Positions 1 to 8,468 of a stretch of 32,000 bases of DNA are shown here, piece by piece. The notes beneath the pieces were generated by a model. The model was given only the letters and a program-made list of their open reading frames with translations. It did no database searches and was not told the DNA's origin. This stretch comes from Okeania sp. (GTDB lineage Bacteria; Cyanobacteriota; Cyanobacteriia; Cyanobacteriales; Microcoleaceae): contig NZ_JAYKGW010000119.1 in the NCBI RefSeq assembly GCF_035285525.1, positions 1-32,000 of the forward strand, read 5' to 3'. How positions within the stretch are numbered: the stretch's first letter is position 1; the number at the start of each line of letters is the position of its first letter. The position numbers and the translations under genes are program-made.

Positions 1-245
1 CTACCGTTACAACTAATGGTAACTTATTAATAGTATCAATAGATAAAACCAAAACTGGTCTAGCACCAGATTATTTTTTACCCAAAATTTTGGGTCTAAA
101 GCCTCCTCTTTGAAGAGGATAAAAAAAAGAAAACTCCATATTTCAAGCCTCTCTCTCAAGCAAGAAGTGCTGATAACTGATAACTGAAATGACCTTTTAC
201 CCGATTAAGATTTACAAAATAAATTTCTCCTCTCTGAATGGTCAT
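1..245 (-). pseudogene. PemK/MazF-family toxin gene split by a ~110-118 nt repeat insertion; the 3' part runs off the left window edge
   Basis: The minus strand from ATG 245..243 reads MTIQRGEIYFVNLNRVKGH, a MazF/PemK N-terminal signature (RGEI..V.L.P..G). It then enters (CTGATAA)n and stops at 158..156. The family sequence resumes at 70..1 as SGARPVLVLSIDTINKLPLVVTV (RP.LVLS.D..N...V.V motif). The intervening ~71..188 carries a heptamer repeat, a 16-nt perfect palindrome (80-95, ACCCAAAATTTTGGGT) and a 6-bp hairpin (104-119). Confidence 0.6.
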
Positions 246-301
246 AATTAATCAATTCCATCCATTTCAGTAATTCTAAATTCTTGGTCAATTAAAGCTA
301 T

Positions 302-481
302 TTATCTTTGAATATCTGGAGCGCTTGCCATTAGTTCAATCTGATTTTCTATGTTAGATTCTGCAAGTATTTGATTTGACTTTTGCTTGACTTTTTCAGT
401 TAAACGGTTAAGTAACCATTTTTGTTCATCTAAAGATAAAGAATTAATTACTTGTTCAATTTCCAATAGTTTATTAGACAT
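302..481 (-). CDS. small (59 aa) putative antitoxin-position protein upstream of the mazF-like remnant
   Basis: The ORF-track ORF 302..508 starts at TTG. The first ATG is at 481 (MSNKLLEIEQVINSLSLDEQKWLLNRL...). The protein is small, helical and charged, and its stop lies 57 bp upstream of the toxin ATG on the same strand. Function is inferred from position only. Confidence 0.4.
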   Translation of the reverse strand: MSNKLLEIEQVINSLSLDEQKWLLNRLTEKVKQKSNQILAESNIENQIELMASAPDIQR

Positions 482-534
482 AAATTTCTGCTGCGGATTA
501 ATTATCAATTATTATATTAATTATCAATAGCTAT

Positions 535-1000
535 CTGCCCATTCTCTCACCCGATAGTGATTGACAAAAGTACCTTCATGAGAATAAGTTTCGAGAGCTA
601 ATTTACTTTGTAAAATCATTTCTTATTCTGTTAGAGAGCAAAAGTTTAATTCAGAGTCTATCTCGCCGTAATCTAATAATTATTCAGTTTTTTTACTTGA
701 TTTACTTTTCAGTAATTCCTCAAAATCTTCTAAATTACCAGATGAATTTAATAGCCATTTTTAAGAGCAAATTTTTTACTTTTTCGCCTGGTAATGGTTC
801 TAAAAGACTAAACAATTTGACGATAATATTCTATTTTATCCATTGTAAAATTATCTCCTGAATCTGGTCATAAATAATTAGTTTAATCTGATATCTTATT
901 CCACAGTGGTTCCTGAGCTATATCATTATCATCCAATACTATAACATCAAGAATATAAGCAGACTTATCCGAATCTATAGCTTTAATTAGTCCTTGTCGA
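535..1000 (-). pseudogene. stop-riddled remnants of small accessory genes (possibly an XisH/XisI-like pair)
   Basis: Minus-strand fragments are FIPRQGLIKAIDSDKSAYILDVIVLDDNDIAQEPLWNKISD* (~990..880), then MDKIEYYRQIV* (ATG 843), then ..YGEIDSELNF.. and ..HYRVREWADSY* in shifted frames with several stops. MDK..YYRQ and GEI..E..F recall XisI-family N-termini from memory. No intact ORF is present. Confidence 0.25.
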
Positions 1001-1083
1001 GGGATAAAAAAAAGGCAAATTTAGACGTTGACAGCGCTTTGCTTTTCACTCTTGATGAACCATATCGTCGTAACCAAAATATT

Positions 1084-1111
1084 GTAAGGACGTTGCATGC
1101 AACTTCCCTAC
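1084..1111. repeat. 28-nt imperfect palindrome GTAAGGACGTTGCATGCAACTTCCCTAC (dispersed small palindromic element, intergenic copy)
   Basis: 12 of 14 arm positions pair. The same element occurs at 1838-1865 and 17298-17325, with a half copy at 15092-15105. Confidence 0.8.
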
Positions 1112-1253
1112 TGTGGTTTACTGAAATAAATAATCTTTATCTAATAGATTAATTCATCTGGAAGATAACTGAATTAATCAGCAATTACGCCAAACATAAA
1201 ATTATACATTATCAAAAATGCTTTTGTATTATACTTATCGTCCGTAATGTGGG

Positions 1254-1354
1254 TTACTAAAAATTGGCAACTAATCCCTGATAACTGAATTGCATAAGTC
1301 CTATTAATATTTTACTAAAAACTGGCAACTAACCGCTGATAACTGATAACTGAA
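1254..1354. repeat. two ~36-nt direct repeats (1254-1289, 1312-1354), each ending in CTGATAA heptamers, upstream of the island's first gene
   Basis: TTACTAAAAATTGGCAACTAATCCCTGATAACTGAA versus TTACTAAAAACTGGCAACTAACCGCTGATAACTGATAACTGAA. Confidence 0.75.
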
Positions 1355-1422
1355 AAAGGGAACTTTCTCTAACTAATTTGTTACTTTTTAGTTTATAGTT
1401 ATTAAGACTATTGTCGTATAAA

Positions 1423-1443
1423 TAACTGATAACTAATAACTGG
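1423..1443. repeat. heptamer STRR (TAACTGA/TAACTAA/TAACTGG) abutting the ATG of the TPR-GT gene
   Basis: Three 7-nt units end 1 nt before ATG 1445. No purine-rich Shine-Dalgarno sequence is visible in the last 20 nt. Confidence 0.7.
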
Positions 1444-1444
1444 T

Positions 1445-4400
1445 ATGGGTGTCACCACTTTTGCGAGAGGAAATCAACTTCTTCAAGAAGGAAAATTAGA
1501 AGAGGCCATTGCTGCTTATCAAAAGTCCATAGAAGAAAATCCCCAGTTTATTCACTCTTACCAAAATTTGGCCAAAGTGCTGGAACAGGTGGGACGCATA
1601 GATGAGGCGATCGCTGCCTTACGTCAAGCAGTGGCCATAAATCTTCAAACTCCCTTACTTTTATATAACTTGGGGAGACTGTTCAAGAGACAAGGCCAGT
1701 TTCAGGAAGCCGTAGATTATTTCCGGCAAGCGATCGCTCTCAAACAAGATGTACCGGATTTTTATTTGGGTTTGGCCAGTGTTTTAGTGAAATTGGGACA
1801 ATGGTCTGAGGTAGAGGACTGTCTTAATCAGATGACTGTAGGGAAGTTGGATGCAACATCCCTACCCCCTACTCCCTACTCCCTACTCCCTACTCCCCAT
1901 TTACCAGATATTTATTTTTATTTGGCAGAAGCTAAGTCTGGACAACAGCAATGGTCTGAGGCAGTGGAGTATTATCAGCGGAGTTGGGATATTGATTCCG
2001 GTAGGGTAGATTGTGGTATTGGTTTGGCCAAAGCTTTGGGTAAGTTGGGGCGATGGTCAGAAGCGGTAGAATTATATCGTGAGATAGTGTATTTGTCAAA
2101 TAGTTCTGGTGAAGTATTGTGTAGTTTGGGTCAGGCATTGGCACAGTTGGGTAGATGGTCAGAGGCAGTTGGTGAATATCGAAAAGCTATTGATTTGGGT
2201 TGTGCGGGAGCTGAGGTGAGGCATCATTTGGGGTATGCTCATACGCAGTTGGGTAGATGGGAAGAGGCGGTGGTTGAGTATCGGTTGGTGCGGGAAGTTA
2301 ATCCCAAGTCTGCGGTGGTGAGGCATCAGTTGGGGTATGCTTTGATGCGATTAGAACGTTGGCGGGAAGCGGAGATTGAGTTGCGGATATCGGCAGAGTT
2401 GTATCCTGGGTCTGCTGTGGTTTGGCAGCAGTTGGGAGACGTTTTGAGGGAGTTGGGGGAGAAGGAAAAGGCAGTTGAGGCTTATCAGCAGGCGATCGCC
2501 TGTAACCATGATTTTTATCAAGCTCACCACAATTTGGGAGAGAACTTGGAAGAGTTGGAACGTTGGGAAGAGGCGATCGCTGCTTATCAGCGCTCAGTGG
2601 AGTTGAAGCCGCAAGCAGCATCTCACCAGAAATTAAGTCGAGTCTTGCGAAAAGTTGGACGGGTTGAGGAGGCGGAAAATTCAGAAAATCAGGCTGTAAC
2701 AATTGAGTCGAAATTGGCTGAGCTTACACAAAATGGGCATGGCATAAATGAGAACGTTTCAACGACGACTAATCAAACTACTCATAGTTCTCTTACACTC
2801 GATCCATCAGGTTCTCTAAAGCTTAATACATCAGAGTCTGAAAATATTTTAGTATCAATCATTATTCCAGTATATGAGCATCATTTATTCACTATTAATA
2901 CCATTTTGAGTATTGTCGATCACACTGATTTAACTAATGTAGAATTAATCATTGCTGATGATGCTTCCCCTACTCCAGTAGAGAAAGTTTTGGCGGATCT
3001 TGATGGTTTAAAAATATTAAGGAATAAAAATAACTTGGGATTTCTTAAAAATAGCAATGAGGGGATGAAAGCAGCAAAAGGAGATTATTTAGTTATCCTC
3101 AATAATGATATTAAGGTAACTGCTGGATGGTTGCCAGCTTTATTAGATGTTTTTTTATCTCACAATGATGCAGGTTTAGTAGGTGCAAAGTTAGTTTATC
3201 CAGATGGAACACTACAAGAAGCAGGTAGTATAGTTTGGCGCGATGGCTCTGCTTGGAACTGGGGAAGAGGAAAAGATGCGCTCATACCTCATTTTAATTA
3301 TGTGAGAAAAGTCGATTATTGTTCAGGAGCGTGTTTGATGATCCGCCGGCAAGATTGGTTGTTCCTGAATGGATTTGATGATGCTTTTAGCCCTGGTTAC
3401 TATGAGGATACTGATTTAGCTTTTCGAGTTAGAAGTATGGGAAAACACGTTTACTATCAACCTCACTCTGTAATAGTTCATTATGAAGGTATTTCTCATG
3501 GTAAGGATGTAAACGCTGGCATCAAAAAACATCAAATTATCAACAAAAAGCGTTTTTATTCTCGATGGCAGGAAACCTTAAAAACGCACCAAGCAAATGG
3601 TATTGAACCTTTTAGAGAAGTAGATCGTTATGTTAGTGCCAGAGTTTTATTTATTGAAGCAGAAATGATTACCCCCGATAAAGACTCTGGGTCATTTCGC
3701 ACTGAGAAAATGTTGAACATACTTGTTAATCTGAATTGTAAAGTTGTATTCGTACCAGATAACCTTTTAGGTAATCAACCTTACTTGTCAAAACTTCAGG
3801 CTGGTGGTATAGAAGTTTTACACACACCTTTTGTTACTAGCATTGAAGAATATATCAAATTAAATGGGGATTTGTTTGATGTTGTATTTTTATGTAGGCA
3901 TTATATAGCAATCAAATATATAGATCATATACGAAAGTATGCTCCCAAGGCAAAAATAATTTTCGATACAGTTGACTTGCACTATTTGAGGGAAGAGCGT
4001 CATGCAAAATTAGAGAAATCAAACGATCTTATGAAAAAGGCAAGAATTACTCGAGACCAAGAGTTGAAAGTAATCCAAGGAGCAGACATGACATTAGTGG
4101 TGAGTCCGGTTGAAAAAAATGAGTTGAAAAAAATGATTCCAGATGCTAGGGTAGATATTTTATCAAATATCCATGACGTTTGTGGTGAAAATCCCCCAGA
4201 CTTCTATGCAATGCGAGATATCTTATTTGTGGGTGGGTTTAGTCATCCACCAAATGTTGATGGGATTACTTGGTTTATTCAAGAAATTTTTCCATCGTTG
4301 CAAGCTCAAATTCCAGATATTAATTTGGATGTAGTGGGAAGTAATATGCCAGAAAAACTAAAAAAGATTAGTCAACCTGGGATAAATATGCATGGTTTTG

Positions 4401-4741
4401 TTGAAGATTTAAAACCTTTTTTCAACCAAGCTAAGATTGTAATTGCTCCCTTGAGATATGGTGCAGGTGTCAAGGGTAAGGTTAATCAAGCTCAGAGTTG
4501 GGGAATTCCAGTTGTGGGAACTTCCGTAGCTATTGAAGGTATGTATCTTAGTGATGAAGTCGATGTACTAATAGCTGATGAACCAGAAACTTTTGTTCGA
4601 CAAATAGTTAGATTATATAACAATTCAGAACTGTGGAAATTAATTTCTGAAGGAGGACGAAAGAACGTTCAACAGCATTTCTCCCGTGCTAAAGCACAGG
4701 AAACATTGAAAGAAATTATTTTTGATAAAATAGACAAATAA
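1445..4741 (+). CDS. TPR-repeat / family-2 glycosyltransferase / GT-B (GT4-like) glycosyltransferase fusion protein (1098 aa)
   Basis: The first ~400 aa are 34-aa TPR units (..LGRWSEAV.EYR.AI..). The central GT-A/GT2 part has VSIIIPVY, ADDASP, ILNNDI and YEDTDLAFR. The C-terminal ~350 aa resemble GT-B retaining transferases (GGFSHPPNVDGI, APLRYGAGVKGKVNQA, GIPVVGTSVAIEGMYLSDEVDVLIADEPE, an E-x7-E-like region). Confidence 0.8.
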   Translation: MGVTTFARGNQLLQEGKLEEAIAAYQKSIEENPQFIHSYQNLAKVLEQVGRIDEAIAALRQAVAINLQTPLLLYNLGRLFKRQGQFQEAVDYFRQAIALKQDVPDFYLGLASVLVKLGQWSEVEDCLNQMTVGKLDATSLPPTPYSLLPTPHLPDIYFYLAEAKSGQQQWSEAVEYYQRSWDIDSGRVDCGIGLAKALGKLGRWSEAVELYREIVYLSNSSGEVLCSLGQALAQLGRWSEAVGEYRKAIDLGCAGAEVRHHLGYAHTQLGRWEEAVVEYRLVREVNPKSAVVRHQLGYALMRLERWREAEIELRISAELYPGSAVVWQQLGDVLRELGEKEKAVEAYQQAIACNHDFYQAHHNLGENLEELERWEEAIAAYQRSVELKPQAASHQKLSRVLRKVGRVEEAENSENQAVTIESKLAELTQNGHGINENVSTTTNQTTHSSLTLDPSGSLKLNTSESENILVSIIIPVYEHHLFTINTILSIVDHTDLTNVELIIADDASPTPVEKVLADLDGLKILRNKNNLGFLKNSNEGMKAAKGDYLVILNNDIKVTAGWLPALLDVFLSHNDAGLVGAKLVYPDGTLQEAGSIVWRDGSAWNWGRGKDALIPHFNYVRKVDYCSGACLMIRRQDWLFLNGFDDAFSPGYYEDTDLAFRVRSMGKHVYYQPHSVIVHYEGISHGKDVNAGIKKHQIINKKRFYSRWQETLKTHQANGIEPFREVDRYVSARVLFIEAEMITPDKDSGSFRTEKMLNILVNLNCKVVFVPDNLLGNQPYLSKLQAGGIEVLHTPFVTSIEEYIKLNGDLFDVVFLCRHYIAIKYIDHIRKYAPKAKIIFDTVDLHYLREERHAKLEKSNDLMKKARITRDQELKVIQGADMTLVVSPVEKNELKKMIPDARVDILSNIHDVCGENPPDFYAMRDILFVGGFSHPPNVDGITWFIQEIFPSLQAQIPDINLDVVGSNMPEKLKKISQPGINMHGFVEDLKPFFNQAKIVIAPLRYGAGVKGKVNQAQSWGIPVVGTSVAIEGMYLSDEVDVLIADEPETFVRQIVRLYNNSELWKLISEGGRKNVQQHFSRAKAQETLKEIIFDKIDK
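1838..1865. repeat. 28-nt palindromic element copy inside the TPR-GT coding sequence (in frame)
   Basis: GTAGGGAAGTTGGATGCAACATCCCTAC, with 12 of 14 arm positions pairing. It starts on a codon boundary and is translated VGKLDATSL. Confidence 0.8.
1860..1898. repeat. STRR heptamer array (CCCTACC, CCCTACT x4, partial) inside the TPR-GT coding sequence
   Basis: Directly visible. It is translated ..PPTPYSLLPTPH.. between two TPR units. This orientation has no stop codon in any frame. Confidence 0.9.
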
Positions 4742-4800
4742 ATGTTATCCAAATTTATTAAAAATATATCAATTAAAATCTATAAATTCTTTGGCAAAGT

Positions 4801-5565
4801 ATGGAAAGGAAAATTTTGATTCACCATCATATATTTAAAAATGCTGGTACATCCTTGCAATATGCACTCAAAAAGTTTTTTGGAGAATCTTATTACGAAT
4901 GTGAACTACCACAAAGTCAAATGGTTACAAAAGATGATTTAGAAAAATTCATCTTAAATAATCCTAGTGCTTTGGCTATATCTGGTCATCATATATGTCT
5001 GCCTACCCCTCAAGGTCAACAATATCAAACTTTTTCTATTATATTATTAAGGAATCCTTTAGCAAGGGTGGAATCAATTTATAAGTTTGAGAAAAGACAA
5101 AAAGCTCAAACTCAAGGTGCAATTAAAGCTAAAGAACTAAATTTTCAGGAGTATGTAAAATGGAGATTAAATCAGACTCCGACAATGTTTTGTAATTATC
5201 AAACTTATTATTGTTCAAGACAGAATAAAAGTGAAGGGAGTAAAATTCCTAAAGATAGGGATTTAAAACTAGCAATTGAAAATCTTCAGTCTAGTGCTGT
5301 AGTAGGAATAGTTGAGAGGTACAAAGAAACTTTGGAACTGGCTAACCAAGTATTAAGTGAAAATTTCCCTGGTATACATTTAGAATATACTTATTTGAAT
5401 GCAACATCTGCTCAAAATAGCATAAAAGAAGAAACTCAAATAAAAAACAAGCTCGAAGCAGATTTGGGTAGTGAAATTGTCAAGCAATTGGAAGAGGGAA
5501 ATGCACTTGATAAAAAATTATGGAAAGTAGCCGATAAAATGATAACCGATAAATTGAAAAAATAA
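4801..5565 (+). CDS. sulfotransferase-family protein (254 aa)
   Basis: N-terminal IHHHIFKNAGTSL resembles the PAPS 5'-phosphosulfate loop (HIPKTGGTS type). LLRNPLARVESIY resembles the 3'-phosphate-binding R.P..R..S motif. It lies 59 bp after the previous gene on the same strand. Confidence 0.6.
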   Translation: MERKILIHHHIFKNAGTSLQYALKKFFGESYYECELPQSQMVTKDDLEKFILNNPSALAISGHHICLPTPQGQQYQTFSIILLRNPLARVESIYKFEKRQKAQTQGAIKAKELNFQEYVKWRLNQTPTMFCNYQTYYCSRQNKSEGSKIPKDRDLKLAIENLQSSAVVGIVERYKETLELANQVLSENFPGIHLEYTYLNATSAQNSIKEETQIKNKLEADLGSEIVKQLEEGNALDKKLWKVADKMITDKLKK

Positions 5566-5588
5566 TTAGAAGCATTACCGTCAAGCAA

Positions 5589-7463
5589 ATGAAAGCACAA
5601 AATCAAAATGCAATTGAAACGACTTCTCATACAGCAAAGTATCACTATGAACAAGGTGAAAGTTTGGCTAAGATTGGACAGTTTAGAGAAGCAGAAATCC
5701 ATTACCAAAAAGCGATTGAGTTGAATAGCAAGTGGTTTAAACCTTATTACAGCTTGGGTGTTGTTCTAGACAAACAAGGAAAAATAGAAGAATCCTGCAC
5801 TTTTTACGAACGCTCTCTTGAAATTAATCCTAATTTTGCTTGGTCTTACTTTCATTTGGGAAACCTATATCGTCAGAAAAGACTCCTTGAAAAAGCTTCT
5901 GAGTCCTTTAAAAAGGCGATTGAAGTTCACCCGCCAGAAAAAAGCTATTGGTTTCATCTCGCATTGGGCGATCTTCTAATTGAACAAGGTGAGTATAATT
6001 TAGCGATTCAAAGTTATACTCAGGGAACTAAAATCGATCCTAAAAAAACACAAGGACAGTTCAAATTGGCCTTGGCACTAACCAAACAACAGGATTGGCA
6101 GGGTGCGATAGCGCTATTTCGTCAAGTGATTCATACTCAACCAAATTTTCACCAGGCTTATGTGGAACTGGGAGATGCTTTATGTCAGATTGACAAAGAG
6201 GAGCTAGCGATTCCTATATATCAAAAAGCTATGGAACTGAAACCAAATGATGCCAAGTCTTATCAGAGATTACAACAGTGTTTGGTGCGACGTTCGGGAG
6301 TAGAATATCCAGAACTACAAAATTGTTATTCAATCTTACAACAGGAAACGAACAAAGTTGACGTTTATTTTGAGGTTGCCAAAGTATTTGTCAAACGAGG
6401 TTTAATTGAAGAGGCTGTTAAAGTTTACTTGAAAATTTTGGCCATTCAGCCTACTTTCACTTCTGTATATGAAAATCTAAAGCACGCAACCCTTTATCTC
6501 AAAAATTTGGATGGTTTAGTTACGGCTTATCGGAAAGTTATTCAAGAGCATCCCAATTTGTTACCAGCTTGTATTGGTATGGGAAATGTATTGACAGAAC
6601 AAGGCCGGACTCAGGAGGCTTCAGATTTCTATCAAAAAGCAGTTTATCAAAAGTGTCTTGCCAAAGCACCTGAATTTGTTCATAAATATTGGGATGATAA
6701 GCAACAACGTCGCCCTCACTTTATTATTATTGGTGCTGAAAAGTGTGGGACAACTTCCTTACATAATTACATTATTCAGCATCCATGGGTTTTGGAGCCA
6801 GTGGAAAAGGAGATTCATTTTTTCACTCAAAAGTTTGATAAGGGTTTTGCTTGGTATGAGGCTCACTTTCCGCCTATTTCTCAAGAGTCTGACTATATTA
6901 CTGGAGAAGCAAGTACATCTTATATTGGTTGCCATAATAATGCACCGGAGCGACTATTTAATTTGTACCCTAATGTCAAATTGATAGCTGTGTTGAGATA
7001 TCCAGTAGATCGGGCAATTTCTCATTACAATCAGTTGGTTAAGTTGGGGCGGGAAGGTCGTTCTTTGGAGGAGGTAGTAACGGCAGAGATAGAAGTGCTA
7101 GAAGGGGTTGAAGATATTTGGTCAGTGCGTCAGCAGTATTGGAGTGTAGGGAAAGGGTGTATTTGGCATGGTTTGTATGTTTATTTTCTTAAGCGATGGA
7201 TGAGCGTGTTTCCCAAAGAGCAGCTTTTGATTCTCAAGAGTGAGGATTTGTTTGAGCAACCTGGGGAGATTATGAAGCAGGTGTTTGAGTTTTTGGAACT
7301 GCCAGATTATCAGCTTTCTAGTTATCCACAATACAATTCAGGAGGAACTTATAAACGTCCAGAAAAGTTAATAATTTACAAGAAAATGGCAGCTTTTTTT
7401 CACATCTTTAATCAGAAATTAGAAAATGTCTTGAGAGTTAAGGTGTGTTCAAACCAAGATTAA
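5589..7463 (+). CDS. TPR-repeat / sulfotransferase fusion protein (624 aa)
   Basis: The N-terminal ~370 aa are TPR units (AEIHYQKAIELN, CTFYERSLEINPNFAWSY...). The C-terminal domain has PHFIIIGAEKCGTTSL (5'-PSB loop) and AVLRYPVDRAISHY (3'-PB motif), as in Sulfotransfer_1-type enzymes. Confidence 0.75.
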   Translation: MKAQNQNAIETTSHTAKYHYEQGESLAKIGQFREAEIHYQKAIELNSKWFKPYYSLGVVLDKQGKIEESCTFYERSLEINPNFAWSYFHLGNLYRQKRLLEKASESFKKAIEVHPPEKSYWFHLALGDLLIEQGEYNLAIQSYTQGTKIDPKKTQGQFKLALALTKQQDWQGAIALFRQVIHTQPNFHQAYVELGDALCQIDKEELAIPIYQKAMELKPNDAKSYQRLQQCLVRRSGVEYPELQNCYSILQQETNKVDVYFEVAKVFVKRGLIEEAVKVYLKILAIQPTFTSVYENLKHATLYLKNLDGLVTAYRKVIQEHPNLLPACIGMGNVLTEQGRTQEASDFYQKAVYQKCLAKAPEFVHKYWDDKQQRRPHFIIIGAEKCGTTSLHNYIIQHPWVLEPVEKEIHFFTQKFDKGFAWYEAHFPPISQESDYITGEASTSYIGCHNNAPERLFNLYPNVKLIAVLRYPVDRAISHYNQLVKLGREGRSLEEVVTAEIEVLEGVEDIWSVRQQYWSVGKGCIWHGLYVYFLKRWMSVFPKEQLLILKSEDLFEQPGEIMKQVFEFLELPDYQLSSYPQYNSGGTYKRPEKLIIYKKMAAFFHIFNQKLENVLRVKVCSNQD

Positions 7464-7520
7464 TTTGAATAAAACTAACTTAATTTTAACAGTTTCAAAT
7501 AACTAAAAAGGAGAATAAAA

Positions 7521-8306
7521 ATGACATCCGATAAATCAACGAAACTTAAAGCAGAAGTAGACAGTACCACTATACCTAGTCAATACCCACACGCTTTAAA
7601 TCTTACTACAAATTATACTAAAGCCGTTTTAACAGAACTACTAAAACAATATGAGCCATGGGGCCATAGAATAGAATTTTCAAATGGTCTGACTACAGCA
7701 GATTTTAAGCGTAGAGTACCTTTTTCTGATAATCCTATGAGTAAAATTATGTTGATCGATCAGAAAATTTGTTTAGATAGGATAAAAGGTGGTAAAGTTC
7801 TGGATGTTGGCTGTAATTCAGGATACAATTCAATATATTGTGCCACGAAATATTCTATGCGGGTAGTTGGTATTGATGTTAACCCAAGACATATCGAAGT
7901 ATCTAAACTCTTAAGCGAGATTGCAAATATTGATGCTGAGTATTTATTAGGGAGTGCAGAAACATTCTGTCGCTCTGAAGAATTTGACCTTATATTACAT
8001 TTAGGAACCCTATATCATCTTCCAAATCCATTACTGTCTCTTCAGACTAGCTATACCAATCTTAAGCCTGGTGGTTATTTAGCCTTAGAAACACAATGTT
8101 ATGACGATCCTTCTGATGAAAATCACTGCTATTTCATGCACATGCATAATAACGATCCAACTAACTTTTGGGCTTTAAGCAGTAAAGTTTTACAAGATTA
8201 TATCAGAATTCTAGGTTTTGTTGATTGTGAGTTAATTAAGAGGGTTGTTCCCAAAACCCTTGAAAATCAGTATATGAGTCGGGTTGTTTTAGTTGCAAAA
8301 AAATAA
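7521..8306 (+). CDS. class I SAM-dependent methyltransferase (261 aa)
   Basis: Motif I is VLDVGCNSGYNS, followed by an acidic residue after beta-2 (VVGIDVN) and DLILHLGTLYHL. A good Shine-Dalgarno sequence AAGGAG lies at 7509-7514. Confidence 0.75.
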   Translation: MTSDKSTKLKAEVDSTTIPSQYPHALNLTTNYTKAVLTELLKQYEPWGHRIEFSNGLTTADFKRRVPFSDNPMSKIMLIDQKICLDRIKGGKVLDVGCNSGYNSIYCATKYSMRVVGIDVNPRHIEVSKLLSEIANIDAEYLLGSAETFCRSEEFDLILHLGTLYHLPNPLLSLQTSYTNLKPGGYLALETQCYDDPSDENHCYFMHMHNNDPTNFWALSSKVLQDYIRILGFVDCELIKRVVPKTLENQYMSRVVLVAKK

Positions 8307-8468
8307 TGTCTAGCTATTTCAGTATAAAGTCAAAATCAAAGAACTTGTGTTATTTTTATTTTAAAAATTTAGGTTTTGATAAAAACTTTTAAGGGTAGTA
8401 ATATATTGTCATCTTTTACTCATATTGATATTTTCTATACAAAGCTCCTAAAATAGGAAGCAAACATA

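Noticed and set aside
1932-2702. ORF-track minus-strand ORFs 1932..2144 and 2298..2702 (70 and 134 aa, proline-rich)
   Set aside because: They lie antisense to the strongly supported TPR-coding region. Their low-complexity P/Q/L-rich translations are typical shadow ORFs of a G-rich repetitive coding strand.
4742-4819. 25-codon ORF (MLSKFIKNISIKIYKFFGKVWKGKF*) between the TPR-GT gene and the sulfotransferase gene
   Set aside because: It starts at the base immediately after the upstream TAA stop (4739-4741) and overlaps the start of the sulfotransferase out of frame. It is very short and low-complexity, with no supporting signal.
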